From Syntrophorhabdaceae bacterium (GTDB lineage: Bacteria; Desulfobacterota; Syntrophorhabdia; Syntrophorhabdales; Syntrophorhabdaceae): DNA of 64,000 bases. A program made the translations under genes and the position numbers. The stretch spans positions 2,880,001-2,944,000 of the forward strand of contig OY762209.1 of the NCBI GenBank assembly GCA_963665295.1, given 5' to 3'. How positions within the stretch are numbered: the first letter of the stretch is position 1; every line of letters starts with the position of its first letter. This document shows positions 31,014-40,936 of this stretch, in pieces. A model generated the notes under the pieces. It was not told the DNA's origin, searched no databases, and saw only the letters and a program-made list of their open reading frames with translations.

Positions 31014-32534
31014 TCACGGAGCCCTCGCCCCATTGCGATACAGTGCCGCCTGTGCCGTCATGGTATCCGACACCAGAAGCGTCTCCAGGAACTTCCGTGG
31101 ATCGTTCCCTTGCCTCATGGAAGTAATGATGAGACTCGGCAGGATACTGTGGGTCTTCAGTCCCGTTGCCGACCGCGTACCGAACATGAGCTTCCTCATG
31201 ATCACCAGGAAGCGGATCGACTGTTCTGCCTGGTTGTTGGTAGGTGGTACTCCCGGATAGCGAAGGAACGTGAAGAGAAACTTCCGGTCTTTGCCGGTAA
31301 GGAAGGTACGGAGCCCTTCCGCCGGCTTATACTTGAGGGGCTTTGCACATATCTTCCCGAGGGTTGCTCTCAATTGCTTCTCGATGCGGGGAGCATCTCC
31401 CCACTCTCTCTTTCCCTTAAGAAGATCCCCGCCCGCGGCGCAGGCATCCGAGAAGAGCCTCCCGACCGCATCACAGAACGCCTCCGCTTTTGTATCTCTT
31501 GTCTCCATGAGGACGAGCTCCCGGGTCAACTCCCTGGCCCTGGTGATAAGGTGGGCAAGGCATGTCTGCCTTTCTCTCGCATGAACTCCGTTATACGCGG
31601 CATAGCGGTCGGTGATGAGCACCCCGTCGAAGTTGTCCCCGAGAAGATGTTGAGCCACGTCTGTCGAGCGGTGCCGGTCGATATGGAAGAGGGCAAGATC
31701 GGCGTTTCCCGCATACCACGCGTAATGACCGGTCCCGTCGTTCCTCCATGATGTCTCATCGGCATGAACTATTTCCGAGGCGCGTATCTTCTCCCGGAGG
31801 TCTTCATAAAGAGGTGTCCCCCTTTTCGCCGCAGCCCTGTCAAACCCCACTGCCGAAGCAGGGACAAAGGCAAGGCCGAAGATCTCCCTCATAACTTCCT
31901 CTACCTTTCGATAGCTCATACCTATCCTGTACCGCAAGTATAAGGCAACGGATTTCGTAACCGGTCCGATAGGAGCATTCGGAAGTTCGTCGGGAGCCGC
32001 CTTCACCACAGAACGCCCGCAACGGCTACAGTATGCTTCCTTATGCACATACCGTCTCACCACCGTGCGGGGTCTTATGACAATGTCTTCCTGCACATGC
32101 TCACGGATCCCTTCCCCGGGGACAAGAGGGCCTGACCCGCAATGGGGGCATCGATCGGGAGCGGGCACGTGAACCGTCGCATCCACGCGGGCAGGCTCGG
32201 GCCTGAACCACCCGGGGTGTCCGACCGGAGCGCCGCGCTTCCTCCCTGCCAAAGAGACCGCATGCTCCGGTTTTTTGTTCGCCTTGAACTGTCTTCGATG
32301 CAATGCGGTATTCTTCGCCTTCAGTTCCTCGTTCTCCTTCTCTAAAAGACGGATACGCTTCATGGTGTCATCCAGCCTGTCCCGGAACACATCGATAATC
32401 CGAAGATGCTCTTCGTACACCTCATGGGCCCGCTCATATTCTCCAAAGACCCATAGGGTGGAGAGAAAGTTAAGATGGGGGCAATTGTCCTTATAAAGAC
32501 AATCGTAGCCGTATGGAGGATAGACCCTCTTCAC
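31014..32534 (-). CDS. IS66-family transposase (TnpC-like)
   Basis: Zinc ribbon CPHC...CSRC, HADETSW, ITDRYAAY, QTCLAHL, PPTNNQAEQSIR. Confidence 0.93.
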   Translation of the reverse strand: MKRVYPPYGYDCLYKDNCPHLNFLSTLWVFGEYERAHEVYEEHLRIIDVFRDRLDDTMKRIRLLEKENEELKAKNTALHRRQFKANKKPEHAVSLAGRKRGAPVGHPGWFRPEPARVDATVHVPAPDRCPHCGSGPLVPGEGIREHVQEDIVIRPRTVVRRYVHKEAYCSRCGRSVVKAAPDELPNAPIGPVTKSVALYLRYRIGMSYRKVEEVMREIFGLAFVPASAVGFDRAAAKRGTPLYEDLREKIRASEIVHADETSWRNDGTGHYAWYAGNADLALFHIDRHRSTDVAQHLLGDNFDGVLITDRYAAYNGVHARERQTCLAHLITRARELTRELVLMETRDTKAEAFCDAVGRLFSDACAAGGDLLKGKREWGDAPRIEKQLRATLGKICAKPLKYKPAEGLRTFLTGKDRKFLFTFLRYPGVPPTNNQAEQSIRFLVIMRKLMFGTRSATGLKTHSILPSLIITSMRQGNDPRKFLETLLVSDTMTAQAALYRNGARAP

Positions 32535-32821
32535 TCGCTCTCCTGTTTCAGTATCTCCCAGTTGATCTTAGAAAGCTTCTGTATGAGAAGCCACATCATC
32601 TTGTACCGCTTCGTCATCTCCTTCGCCTTCTCGGCAATCTGTTTTCTCACATACACGGTTACGGTCTTCCCCTTCACTTTTGTGGTAAGGGAGTGGCCCG
32701 TCATGGAAGGGGACTTGGCCACCGTCCCGATAAGGAAGAAATCCAGCTGTGCGACAATGTCCTCCTTAAGTCTCTCCCGCTGCCTTTTAAGAAGATCGAT
32801 TTGTTCCATTGAACCCTCCAC
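32531..32821 (-). CDS. Small basic IS-associated protein (DUF6788-like)
   Basis: Lies inside the IS66; ATGA overlap with the transposase; LIGTV...LTTKVKGKTVTVYV. Confidence 0.65.
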   Translation of the reverse strand: MEGSMEQIDLLKRQRERLKEDIVAQLDFFLIGTVAKSPSMTGHSLTTKVKGKTVTVYVRKQIAEKAKEMTKRYKMMWLLIQKLSKINWEILKQESE

Positions 32822-33347
32822 ATGAGTAGTAGTACTTCTATTATAATACCATCATGGAACAAGGAAATCAAAGGTTTTGTGGAAATTAGACATAATATTT
32901 TGCTGGAAAAAGTTCCGGGGGGACTAAACTGTTACGCGTCTGTTTCGGAGTCAAAGGGGGACGACCGTAAATAAGTAAATAACTCTCGACGTTCTTTGTA
33001 GAGTTTCATTGTCGAACAGGCCCGGTCTCTGCATATGTTCCTGCTTTCTTGCGGCAATAGCGAATGCGCTTAAAAAGCCTCGGTGTAGAGCAGCAGGTGC
33101 AGGTGTTACGTATAGGCGAGTGAAACGGTAATACCGACGTTTCAATCCCGGTTATGGGGGCGGTTGGGGAGGGTTTCTCCGGATGACGACGATTAAGACG
33201 AAATGTAGGGTTCCCTGCCGATTCTATCCACCGGTGGTGCGTTTTTAGCGCCATCTCAGGTTGTGGGGTTTGCTTATCGACCGGCTTCGGAGTGTTGGTA
33301 TTCCTTATTCTATCGGACGATTTGAAAGGGAATTCTCCGACAGGCTC

Positions 33348-34358
33348 CTAGCTCCATCCTCTCCTTGCTCTCCGCAGGATTACCGCAAAGAAAGGTATGC
33401 CGATAAGGGAGGTGGTTATCCCTATGGGGATTTCCGCAGTGAGAACCATGCGGGAGACGTCATCGACCACGACAAGGTATATGGCCCCAATGAGGGCCGA
33501 GGCAGGGATGAGGACCTTGTTGTCCGGCCCCACGATCATCCTCGCGATGTGAGGGATGATAAGTCCCACCCAGCCTATCATGCCGGCGATAGCTACCGTC
33601 ATAGCGCTCATGAAGGTGGCCAGAAAGATGAGAATGAAGCGCACCCACTCCACGCGTACCCCGAGCGAACGTGCTTCCTCATCGCCCATGGATAGCGCGT
33701 TGAGGTAGCCGGAGAGCAGCGCGACCAGGCATATGGTTATCACTTGAGGTATGGCGGTAATGAACAAAATCTTCCTGTCTACGAAGGAGAGGCCGCCCAT
33801 GAGCCACCGGACGATGTCGGGAAGCTGGCTATAGGGGTCTGCCACATACTTTACGACGGAAAGGAGGGAAGTGAAAAGGGCGCTGCTTATGATCCCACCC
33901 AGTACAAGGAGGAGGAGCGTGTTCCCCTTGTGCATCTTTGCAATCCCTACCGACACCATGACCGCAACAAATCCGAATACAAAAGCGCTTGCCTGTACGA
34001 CTGCCCATTCTTTCGAAAATACCATACCGAGGGCTGCCCCAAAGGATGCCCCCGCAAGCACCCCCAGGAGTCCCGGCGACACGAGGGGGTTCAGGAACAT
34101 GGCCTGAAAGGTTGTTCCCGATACGGAAAGGCAGGCTCCGATAAGTAGGGCCGCCAGTATCCTGGGAAGGCGAACGTACATGAGCAGGTTGCCGATCACT
34201 TCGTGGCGCGCATCGTGCCCGCTCCCATGGAATATTTCCGCGAGGAAAAAACCCAGCACGTCCTTCAGAGGGACGTGGTACTTGCCCATGGTAAGGGATA
34301 CTGCCACAGCAAGAATGAGAAGCGCGGTCAGAAGAGGGAATATGCCGTACCGCTTCAT
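33348..34358 (-). CDS. FecCD/BtuC-family ABC transporter permease
   Basis: VRLPRILAALLIG, NPLVSPGLLGV, LSMGDEEARSLGV, GWVGLIIPHIAR, EIPIG. Confidence 0.93.
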   Translation of the reverse strand: MKRYGIFPLLTALLILAVAVSLTMGKYHVPLKDVLGFFLAEIFHGSGHDARHEVIGNLLMYVRLPRILAALLIGACLSVSGTTFQAMFLNPLVSPGLLGVLAGASFGAALGMVFSKEWAVVQASAFVFGFVAVMVSVGIAKMHKGNTLLLLVLGGIISSALFTSLLSVVKYVADPYSQLPDIVRWLMGGLSFVDRKILFITAIPQVITICLVALLSGYLNALSMGDEEARSLGVRVEWVRFILIFLATFMSAMTVAIAGMIGWVGLIIPHIARMIVGPDNKVLIPASALIGAIYLVVVDDVSRMVLTAEIPIGITTSLIGIPFFAVILRRARRGWS

Positions 34359-34496
34359 GGCTGGAATGTCTTTCTCATCTTGCTCTTAAAGCTCCCTTAC
34401 TGTTTCCATCTTTTGCAATAGCCGTGAATGGGGTAGTCAGCCGTCCATGACAATATATCGGTGTCACTCGAAAGCCTCCGACTGATCTCCGAAGTT

Positions 34497-34704
34497 CGAT
34501 GTTCTGTAGATGACATAACGACCGTTATATATAACGGGAGTTATCCCCTCGTCAACACATTATTTTATCCCGCCCATGATTGCGATGAATCGATTTTGTT
34601 CAACGGGTAGACGCGTCTTCTATAAATGAACCTGCAAAAAGTGCTTGACACCTCGTTATAGTTTGTGCGATATAACGTACGGATATATACCTTAGAACAT
34701 AACG
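34497..34704. promoter_or_regulatory. Divergent promoter region with ModE-like operator boxes
   Basis: 24-bp dyads: CGTTATAGTTTGTGCGATATAACG (34654-34677, right after TTGACA at 34645), GGATATATACCTTAGAACATAACG (34681-34704) and weaker CGATGTTCTGTAGATGACATAACG (34497-34520). Perfect palindrome CCGTTATATATAACGG (34522-34537). Confidence 0.65.
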
Positions 34705-34875
34705 TTCCGGGGGAATTCAACCAAACTGCAAAGCCAGTCGGCATGTTATCCGTCCATTCTCCTTTGCCCCTATATACAAGGCGCATGAGAGTAAGATGAC
34801 TGCACCTTGAGTATAGAAAAGCATTGGCTTATTTGGCCTTCTGTCATGCAAGGGCCGAATCGATGAGGAGAACCT

Positions 34876-35694
34876 ATGATCATCAAATCTCATGAACGGC
34901 AGCCGGGCGCAATGAGCCGCTTGTTTTGGGAGGATAAGGCCGCCGGGTACACCCTTCCTTTTGAGACAAGAACATTTTCACGGACATCGCGTATCCTCGA
35001 CTATATTGCCGATAACGGCATCCTCATCACCGGGGCAAGGCTCCTTGATGTAGGCTGCGGAACCGGTGCCTTTGCTCTTCCCTTTGCTCAGCGAGGGGCT
35101 TCGGTTACGGCCCTTGATATCTCAGCCAATATGTTGGAACGCCTTGCTGCAGAGGCTGAGCGTCTGCACGTTGGTCCGGTGAGGCCCATACGTATTTCAT
35201 GGAAAGCAATCGACACGAGGGAGACCGGTCTGGAGGAGGCCTTTGACATTGTGGTTTCGGCGTTCTCGGCAGCAGTAAACACGGAGGAAGATCTATTGGC
35301 AATGGAGCGATGCTCGACGAAATGGTGTGTCTCCATTGCTTCAGGCAAAATACGCCGCACCGCCCTCTGCGAGAAGATATTAGCCGATTGCGGCGCACCG
35401 TCCGACCCGAACCCCGACACGCGCAAAATCAGGAGAAAGCTGACAAAGATGGGGAGAACCTTCCGTTTCTGGTCCTTCACCGAAACAGTAGACGAGGAGA
35501 GAAATCCGAAACAGATTGCCGAGCAGGTCGTCAACCGCCTGGAAGCGGCAGGAAAAGAGTTCGACCGGGATTCAATCATCGCCAGGGTACTGGAACTGTG
35601 TGCGATTTATGGAGGAGAACGAAAGACCATCGAGTGTCATGGGAGCATTGCTGTCGGCGTACTCATGTGGAGGGTTGATGGAAGGCAAGCCTAG
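34876..35694 (+). CDS. Class I SAM-dependent methyltransferase
   Basis: LLDVGCGTGAF, VTALDISANML, FDIV; GAGGAG RBS. Confidence 0.88.
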   Translation: MIIKSHERQPGAMSRLFWEDKAAGYTLPFETRTFSRTSRILDYIADNGILITGARLLDVGCGTGAFALPFAQRGASVTALDISANMLERLAAEAERLHVGPVRPIRISWKAIDTRETGLEEAFDIVVSAFSAAVNTEEDLLAMERCSTKWCVSIASGKIRRTALCEKILADCGAPSDPNPDTRKIRRKLTKMGRTFRFWSFTETVDEERNPKQIAEQVVNRLEAAGKEFDRDSIIARVLELCAIYGGERKTIECHGSIAVGVLMWRVDGRQA

Positions 35695-35695
35695 A

Positions 35696-36760
35696 ATGGG
35701 GATGGCGCAAAGAAGGTCCGGGGCCCGTCCCCTTCTCATCATCATTCTCGCAATCACCTTCGCCGTCGCGTGGGCTCTTGTTTCCGAATCCCGGGAAATC
35801 ACGGACATGGCGGGCCGTAAAGTCATTGTGCCGGAAAAGATCAACAAGGTCTGCACGGATTGGCCTCCAGCGATGTACCTGGTCTATGTCATGGATCACT
35901 CTCTTCTGGCCGGGGTTAATGCCCGTTTTACAGACGCGCAGAGGGATTATGTGTCTGCCCATGCCCGCTCGCTTCCCGTGGTGGGCGGATTTTTCGGGCA
36001 GGGACAGACTACCAACATTGAAGCGCTTTTAGGAGTGAAACCAGACATAGTCATCGCCGAGATGTGGGGAGACAGAGCCGTGAATTCGAGGTCCGAGGAC
36101 CTTCTCGGGAGGTTCGGCATTCCGGTTGCCTATGTAAATATCGATAGGACACACGATTACCCCAATGCAATACTTTTTCTGGGAAGACTACTCGGGAGAG
36201 AGGCTCGGGCCCGCACTCTGAGCGACTACGCCAGAGGAGTGCTGGAGGAAGTCGGCCGCGCCGTCCGTTCCGTGCCCGTCGGCAAGCGTCCACGGGTCTA
36301 TTATGCGGAAGGCTCAACAGGGCTCTTCACCGAGTGTGATACGTCTGCTCATATCGAACTCATTGCCCTGGCGGGCGGCACGAATGTCCATCACCGTGAA
36401 AACGGAAAGTTCAAGGTAAAAGGCAGGGAACCTATCAGCATTGAACAGGTGCTGCGGTATGATCCTGAAGTGATTTTAGCGGCTGAACCCTCCTTTTATC
36501 AGAGCGTCTTTAAGGATGTGAAATGGCAAAACATCAAGGCAGTCAAAACCGGTCGAATCTATCTGACCCCCCGGCTCCTTTTTAACTGGTTCGACCGACC
36601 TCCTTCCGTCATGCGCCTCCTCGGCATACAATGGGTCGCCTGGCGCCTCCACCCCGAAGTCTATCGCATAAATATGGAAAAGGAAGCAAGGCGGTTCTAC
36701 CGTCTTTTCCTTGGACTCGATATACCGTCCGCCACAATGAGGGGAGTCATCGGACCGTGA
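35696..36760 (+). CDS. Class III (FecB/BtuF/MolA-type) ABC substrate-binding protein
   Basis: ITDMAGRKVIVP, NIEALLGVKPD, ISIEQVLRYDPEVI, IKAVKTGRIY..P...FNWFDRPPS. Start placed at ATG 35696. Confidence 0.9.
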   Translation: MGMAQRRSGARPLLIIILAITFAVAWALVSESREITDMAGRKVIVPEKINKVCTDWPPAMYLVYVMDHSLLAGVNARFTDAQRDYVSAHARSLPVVGGFFGQGQTTNIEALLGVKPDIVIAEMWGDRAVNSRSEDLLGRFGIPVAYVNIDRTHDYPNAILFLGRLLGREARARTLSDYARGVLEEVGRAVRSVPVGKRPRVYYAEGSTGLFTECDTSAHIELIALAGGTNVHHRENGKFKVKGREPISIEQVLRYDPEVILAAEPSFYQSVFKDVKWQNIKAVKTGRIYLTPRLLFNWFDRPPSVMRLLGIQWVAWRLHPEVYRINMEKEARRFYRLFLGLDIPSATMRGVIGP

Positions 36761-36880
36761 AGACGGGCTCGGCACTGAAAGGTTTCTTGTCTCCTATGCA
36801 TGAAAAAAGGGTTCGCCCTTCTGTGCGAGCCCCGAAAAGTTTTCTTCCCGGCACACACATTTTCTTAAGGAGGTCGTTTC

Positions 36881-39034
36881 ATGTTGAATCTTTTTTATCT
36901 CTTCCTGACAATCGCGCTGCTCATATTTCCCGTCTCCGCATTGGCGGACGGAGAGAGGCAACCAAATAAGGTGCCCGGCTCCGGACAGACTGACCCTTCA
37001 GCCGGAGCTAATGCACAGAAGCCTTCGCTCACGTTGTCCGAAATATTCGTGACCGCAACGAAAACCGACGTTCCGTCCCAATATGCCCCTTTCACGACTT
37101 ATACGGTGGACAGAGAAAACATCGAAGCACAGCCTGATTACTTCAAGTCAAACTTTGGTTCACTCATTCAGGATCTACCCGGGGTATATGTGGGCCAGGC
37201 GCCGGACAAGAATGCGGCATGGGTAAACCTCAGAGGGACGGGAGATCCCAGCGCGAGGGTTGTCTATCTCGTGGACGGCGTGCCGGTGGGCTCCTCGATA
37301 CCGCTTACCTACTCAGTCTCCAACAATGATATAGAAAAGATCGACGTGCTCATGGGACCCTCTTCGGCCCTCTACGGCGCAAATGCATCGGGTGGCGTGG
37401 TAAACATCATTACACGGCAAGGCACAAAAGGCATGGGATCCACCATGTCATTGGGTTATGGAAGCAACAGTACCTATCGCCCTCACGCAAGCGTAGGAAA
37501 CGAGGTGTTGCGCGGCGACAATCGTTTCCACTATTACCTCTCCTACTCCGGCGACCATACTGACGGTACTCGCAACATTCCCATTGACAATTCACTAAGA
37601 ATATATTCAAAAAGTCCTTCCACGCTGAACACGTCGACAGTCAATAGTGCAGACCACGACTACAATTATCTTGCCGGGAAGGTGGGATGGAAGGGGTCAA
37701 ACGGGGAGAGTCTCACCCTTGCCTATAATTGGGCGAACATAACGATTAACGGAGGCCAGCCCAATCTCATTCCCGTTGACGACGGGAAACAGGGTGTCGG
37801 AAGTCTCAGGTTTCAGTTCCCGATTAAAGACATTATGAAAGTGACTCTCACAGGAGGACACCAGTACTGGAATAGGCCGGCAAAAACGGATTTTGGTATT
37901 TCCCTCAATAAACAGAATAATCTCGTCTTCAACTGGACCAAGCGCTACTCGCAGGAATCGAAAGTCCGGAGGATACCACTGGAACTTCAGAACGACTTCT
38001 ATCTGGGGAAGAACAACGTACTCACTGCAGGTGCTTTCTATAGCACTGAAGAGATCGATTCTGCGACGAACAATTGGGTGAATGCGAAATCCGTTTCCAA
38101 AACGAATTACAGTACAGACCAGCGAGCCGTCTACGCGCAGGACCAGGCTTTCTTCTTTGACAAGAAACTTTCCCTATTAGGGGGAATTCGCTATGACGAG
38201 TGGAAATACCACGGTATATACGACAGTGCTTCTACCCCCAAGAACCGGAGCGGCACTTCCAGTGACACCTTCACCTATCGGGGAGGCGCGAAGTACCGGA
38301 TCAACGATAATCTTGCCGTAAAGTCATCTGCCGGGACGGCATTCTACCCCGGTCTGCCGACATGGTATTTTCAAAACACCACTACCGGGACCACATGGCG
38401 TGTTGCGAACCCCGACCTCAAGCCGGAGGAAACCTGGATGGTCGATCTTGGACTGGAAGGACAATACAAGAAGACGGGCACGTCCTTCAGCACGACTGCC
38501 TATTACGGGAAAATTACTAACATGTTTTCGGGCGTCTACAGCACTCACCCTACTATCAAGGGCATTTCGCTACTCAAAATCGAAAACGTCGGCAAGGCCG
38601 AAATCTATGGCCTTGAAACCCGAGTTGAGCAACGCATCCTGGAGCGTCTTTCCGCCTCCATAAATGTCACTTTGAATCAGTCACGCATCGTCGAGGATCC
38701 CAATAATTCCGGAAATCGCGTGGCCAATACGCCCAATGTAATGGGAAACGTAACTCTAAAATACGTAAATCCGAGCCTCATCAATGGAACCCTCATATTC
38801 CGCTATGTGGCCAATCAGTTCTATGATAACGAAAACACCGGCCTTCCCTTTTACCACATGAGCCCCTATGAGACGGTGGACATGAAGATATGGCGCGACT
38901 GGAAACTGACGAACAGGAGCATATTGAGGACGGCGCTTACAATTGAGAACATCCTGGACAAGAAATTTGCCCAGGAATATGTCTACATGAATCCTGGTCG
39001 CGTCATAATGGGCGTGGCGAGTATCAATTTCTAA
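36881..39034 (+). CDS. TonB-dependent outer-membrane receptor
   Basis: Signal peptide, TonB-box-like IFVTATKT, plug motif IEKIDVLMGPSSALYGANASGGVVNIIT, NPDLKPE, ENILDK, C-terminal F. Confidence 0.93.
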   Translation: MLNLFYLFLTIALLIFPVSALADGERQPNKVPGSGQTDPSAGANAQKPSLTLSEIFVTATKTDVPSQYAPFTTYTVDRENIEAQPDYFKSNFGSLIQDLPGVYVGQAPDKNAAWVNLRGTGDPSARVVYLVDGVPVGSSIPLTYSVSNNDIEKIDVLMGPSSALYGANASGGVVNIITRQGTKGMGSTMSLGYGSNSTYRPHASVGNEVLRGDNRFHYYLSYSGDHTDGTRNIPIDNSLRIYSKSPSTLNTSTVNSADHDYNYLAGKVGWKGSNGESLTLAYNWANITINGGQPNLIPVDDGKQGVGSLRFQFPIKDIMKVTLTGGHQYWNRPAKTDFGISLNKQNNLVFNWTKRYSQESKVRRIPLELQNDFYLGKNNVLTAGAFYSTEEIDSATNNWVNAKSVSKTNYSTDQRAVYAQDQAFFFDKKLSLLGGIRYDEWKYHGIYDSASTPKNRSGTSSDTFTYRGGAKYRINDNLAVKSSAGTAFYPGLPTWYFQNTTTGTTWRVANPDLKPEETWMVDLGLEGQYKKTGTSFSTTAYYGKITNMFSGVYSTHPTIKGISLLKIENVGKAEIYGLETRVEQRILERLSASINVTLNQSRIVEDPNNSGNRVANTPNVMGNVTLKYVNPSLINGTLIFRYVANQFYDNENTGLPFYHMSPYETVDMKIWRDWKLTNRSILRTALTIENILDKKFAQEYVYMNPGRVIMGVASINF

Positions 39035-39055
39035 TCTTCTTCCGGGTGAGGCGCC

Positions 39056-40243
39056 ATGAAAAAGAATGTTCTCATAAGCGTTGATCAAGCACTTGAATCT
39101 TTTCTGGATGTCGTGGACCCTCTGGAGAGAACAGTGATCATTTCTCTGGAAGATGCCGACGACAGGGTCCTGTCCAGGGACATTACCGCGCCCATGGATT
39201 ACCCCCATTACGACCAGTGTATTCTGGACGGATACGGGGTGCAGGCCGCTGATACGGTTGGTTGCGGGGAGGACTCGGGGAGAGCCCTCGCTCTCGCCGC
39301 AGGTGGCCATGTCACGAGCGGTTTCTTTAAGAGGGCCCACACGGGAGACATGTTGCCTTCCGGCGCCGACGCGCTTCTTCCTCTTGAAGTTGCGGTAGAA
39401 AAGGCCGGAGGCATTATTGCCTTCAAGGAGTTGAAAATAGGTGAATGGGTCTGGCCGAAGGGAGGCGGGATAGGCGAGGGCGATGTGGTGTACAGGAAGG
39501 GAATGCGGTTAAAGCCCACCGACATCGCCATGCTTGCCAAGCTCGGAATTTCCCACGTGGAGGCATATGACATGCCCCGCGCGCTTATAGTGCCCACCGG
39601 CGACGAGTGCATCAGGAGAGGTGAGAAGATCGAGCCGGGATTCGTCTTTGAAACAAATGGGCTTATGTGCTGCCTTCTCGTGAAGCGGTATGGCGGCCAT
39701 CCTACGCTCCACGACATAGTGGGCGACGAGGAGGAGAAATTGAAAAATGTCCTGACTGAGGGGAGCGGTTATGATCTGGTGGTCACCATCGGGGGGAGCT
39801 CCGCGAGTGCGAGGGACCTCATGGAGCGGACGGTAGCATCAATGGGGGAAGTGCTTTTTCACGGAGTTGCCTTACACCCCGGAAACCACATGGGCGCGGG
39901 TTTCATAGGAAACGGCGAAAAGAGAACGCCTGTTATTTTTCTGCCTGGTTACACCGAATCATGTGCGGTCGCTGCCTTCACCTTTGTCGATAAGGCGGTC
40001 ACGAGGCTTGGCCATTATCCCTCGTCGCGCCGGGTAGGTTCAGCGGCCGAACTCACAGGGAAAGTGACCACATCTCTCGGAGTGCGGGCGGTAAGGAAAG
40101 TCAATGTGTGCAATGGGAAGGCCCGCCCGATCAAGATGCTGGGTGAGTCGGCCCTTGAGGGAGAATTCGGGTACCTCGTGGTTCCGGAAGATCGATCCGG
40201 TTTTGAGGCAGGCGATTTTGTGGAGGTGACCTACCTGGAGTAG
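39056..40243 (+). CDS. moeA: Molybdopterin molybdotransferase MoeA-like protein (divergent)
   Basis: RVLSRDITAPMDYP..D..LDGYGV, TGDMLPSGADA, PTGDE, ETNG, TIGGSS, FHGVALHPG, LPGY. Confidence 0.8.
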   Translation: MKKNVLISVDQALESFLDVVDPLERTVIISLEDADDRVLSRDITAPMDYPHYDQCILDGYGVQAADTVGCGEDSGRALALAAGGHVTSGFFKRAHTGDMLPSGADALLPLEVAVEKAGGIIAFKELKIGEWVWPKGGGIGEGDVVYRKGMRLKPTDIAMLAKLGISHVEAYDMPRALIVPTGDECIRRGEKIEPGFVFETNGLMCCLLVKRYGGHPTLHDIVGDEEEKLKNVLTEGSGYDLVVTIGGSSASARDLMERTVASMGEVLFHGVALHPGNHMGAGFIGNGEKRTPVIFLPGYTESCAVAAFTFVDKAVTRLGHYPSSRRVGSAAELTGKVTTSLGVRAVRKVNVCNGKARPIKMLGESALEGEFGYLVVPEDRSGFEAGDFVEVTYLE

Positions 40244-40352
40244 CGGGAGTTCTACGCAAAGTGTTCCGGGTGTCGTGAGGACGATGGGAGCGGTTCCGAT
40301 ACGAGGCGGCGCATCCGGGTGAACTATTCTCAGGAGATGGAAGGAATCGGAC

Positions 40353-40922
40353 ATGGTGGACAATCTCAACAGAGTGGTTGTGGTGTATGGGACGAAGTAC
40401 GGAAGCACACAACGCTACGCGGAGTGGATTGCAGAAAGGACTCGTGCCGAAATTTTCGATGTGTCCGTATTTGACCAGTCCCGGTTCAATGAGTATGACA
40501 TGGTTTTGTTCGGGTCTCCTGTCTATATGGGACGAATAAAATATGCTCCTTTCATAAGACGCAACTGGAAGATCCTGAAAACGAAGCGAGTAGTCATCTT
40601 CAGTGTGACAGGAGTACCGCCTGACGATCTCCGCCAGGAAAAAGTGTTCCGCGCCAGCCTCCCCATTGAAATACGGCAAAAGGTTCTATATTACCCGCTT
40701 CGCGGAGCATTCAACTACAGGAACCTGACTTTTGTGGATAGGCTGCTTATGAGCGGCCCGCGAGTGAGACTGCAGGCCCTGTGCTGGATAGCGAGAGATA
40801 GAAGCGCGAGAGAATCGTTGGCCCGTTTCTACAGTCCCCTGGACTGGACGAGCGAAGCCGCGATAGAGCCGATAGTGGCACTAGTGACCTCGGGAAGGGC
40901 ACAGGCTCCGCTGGAACACTGA
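40353..40922 (+). CDS. Flavodoxin-domain protein (HemG/Flavodoxin_5-like)
   Basis: VVYGTKYGSTQRYAEWIA, LFGSPVYMG, LRGAFNY, DWTSEAAIEP. Confidence 0.85.
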   Translation: MVDNLNRVVVVYGTKYGSTQRYAEWIAERTRAEIFDVSVFDQSRFNEYDMVLFGSPVYMGRIKYAPFIRRNWKILKTKRVVIFSVTGVPPDDLRQEKVFRASLPIEIRQKVLYYPLRGAFNYRNLTFVDRLLMSGPRVRLQALCWIARDRSARESLARFYSPLDWTSEAAIEPIVALVTSGRAQAPLEH

Positions 40923-40936
40923 CGTACGTCCATGCA

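Larger units (their letters stand above)
30996..32935 (-). mobile_element. Complete IS66-family element, 1940 bp, 8-bp target duplication
   Basis: Perfect 18-bp IR GTAACAGTTTAGTCCCCC; duplication GCGTCTGT at 30988-30995 and 32936-32943. Confidence 0.95.

Noticed and set aside
34400..34875. Cobalamin riboswitch upstream of the BtuC/BtuF/BtuB-like genes
   Set aside because: No recognisable B12-box elements by eye; the ModE-like dyads explain the region better. An Infernal scan would be decisive.
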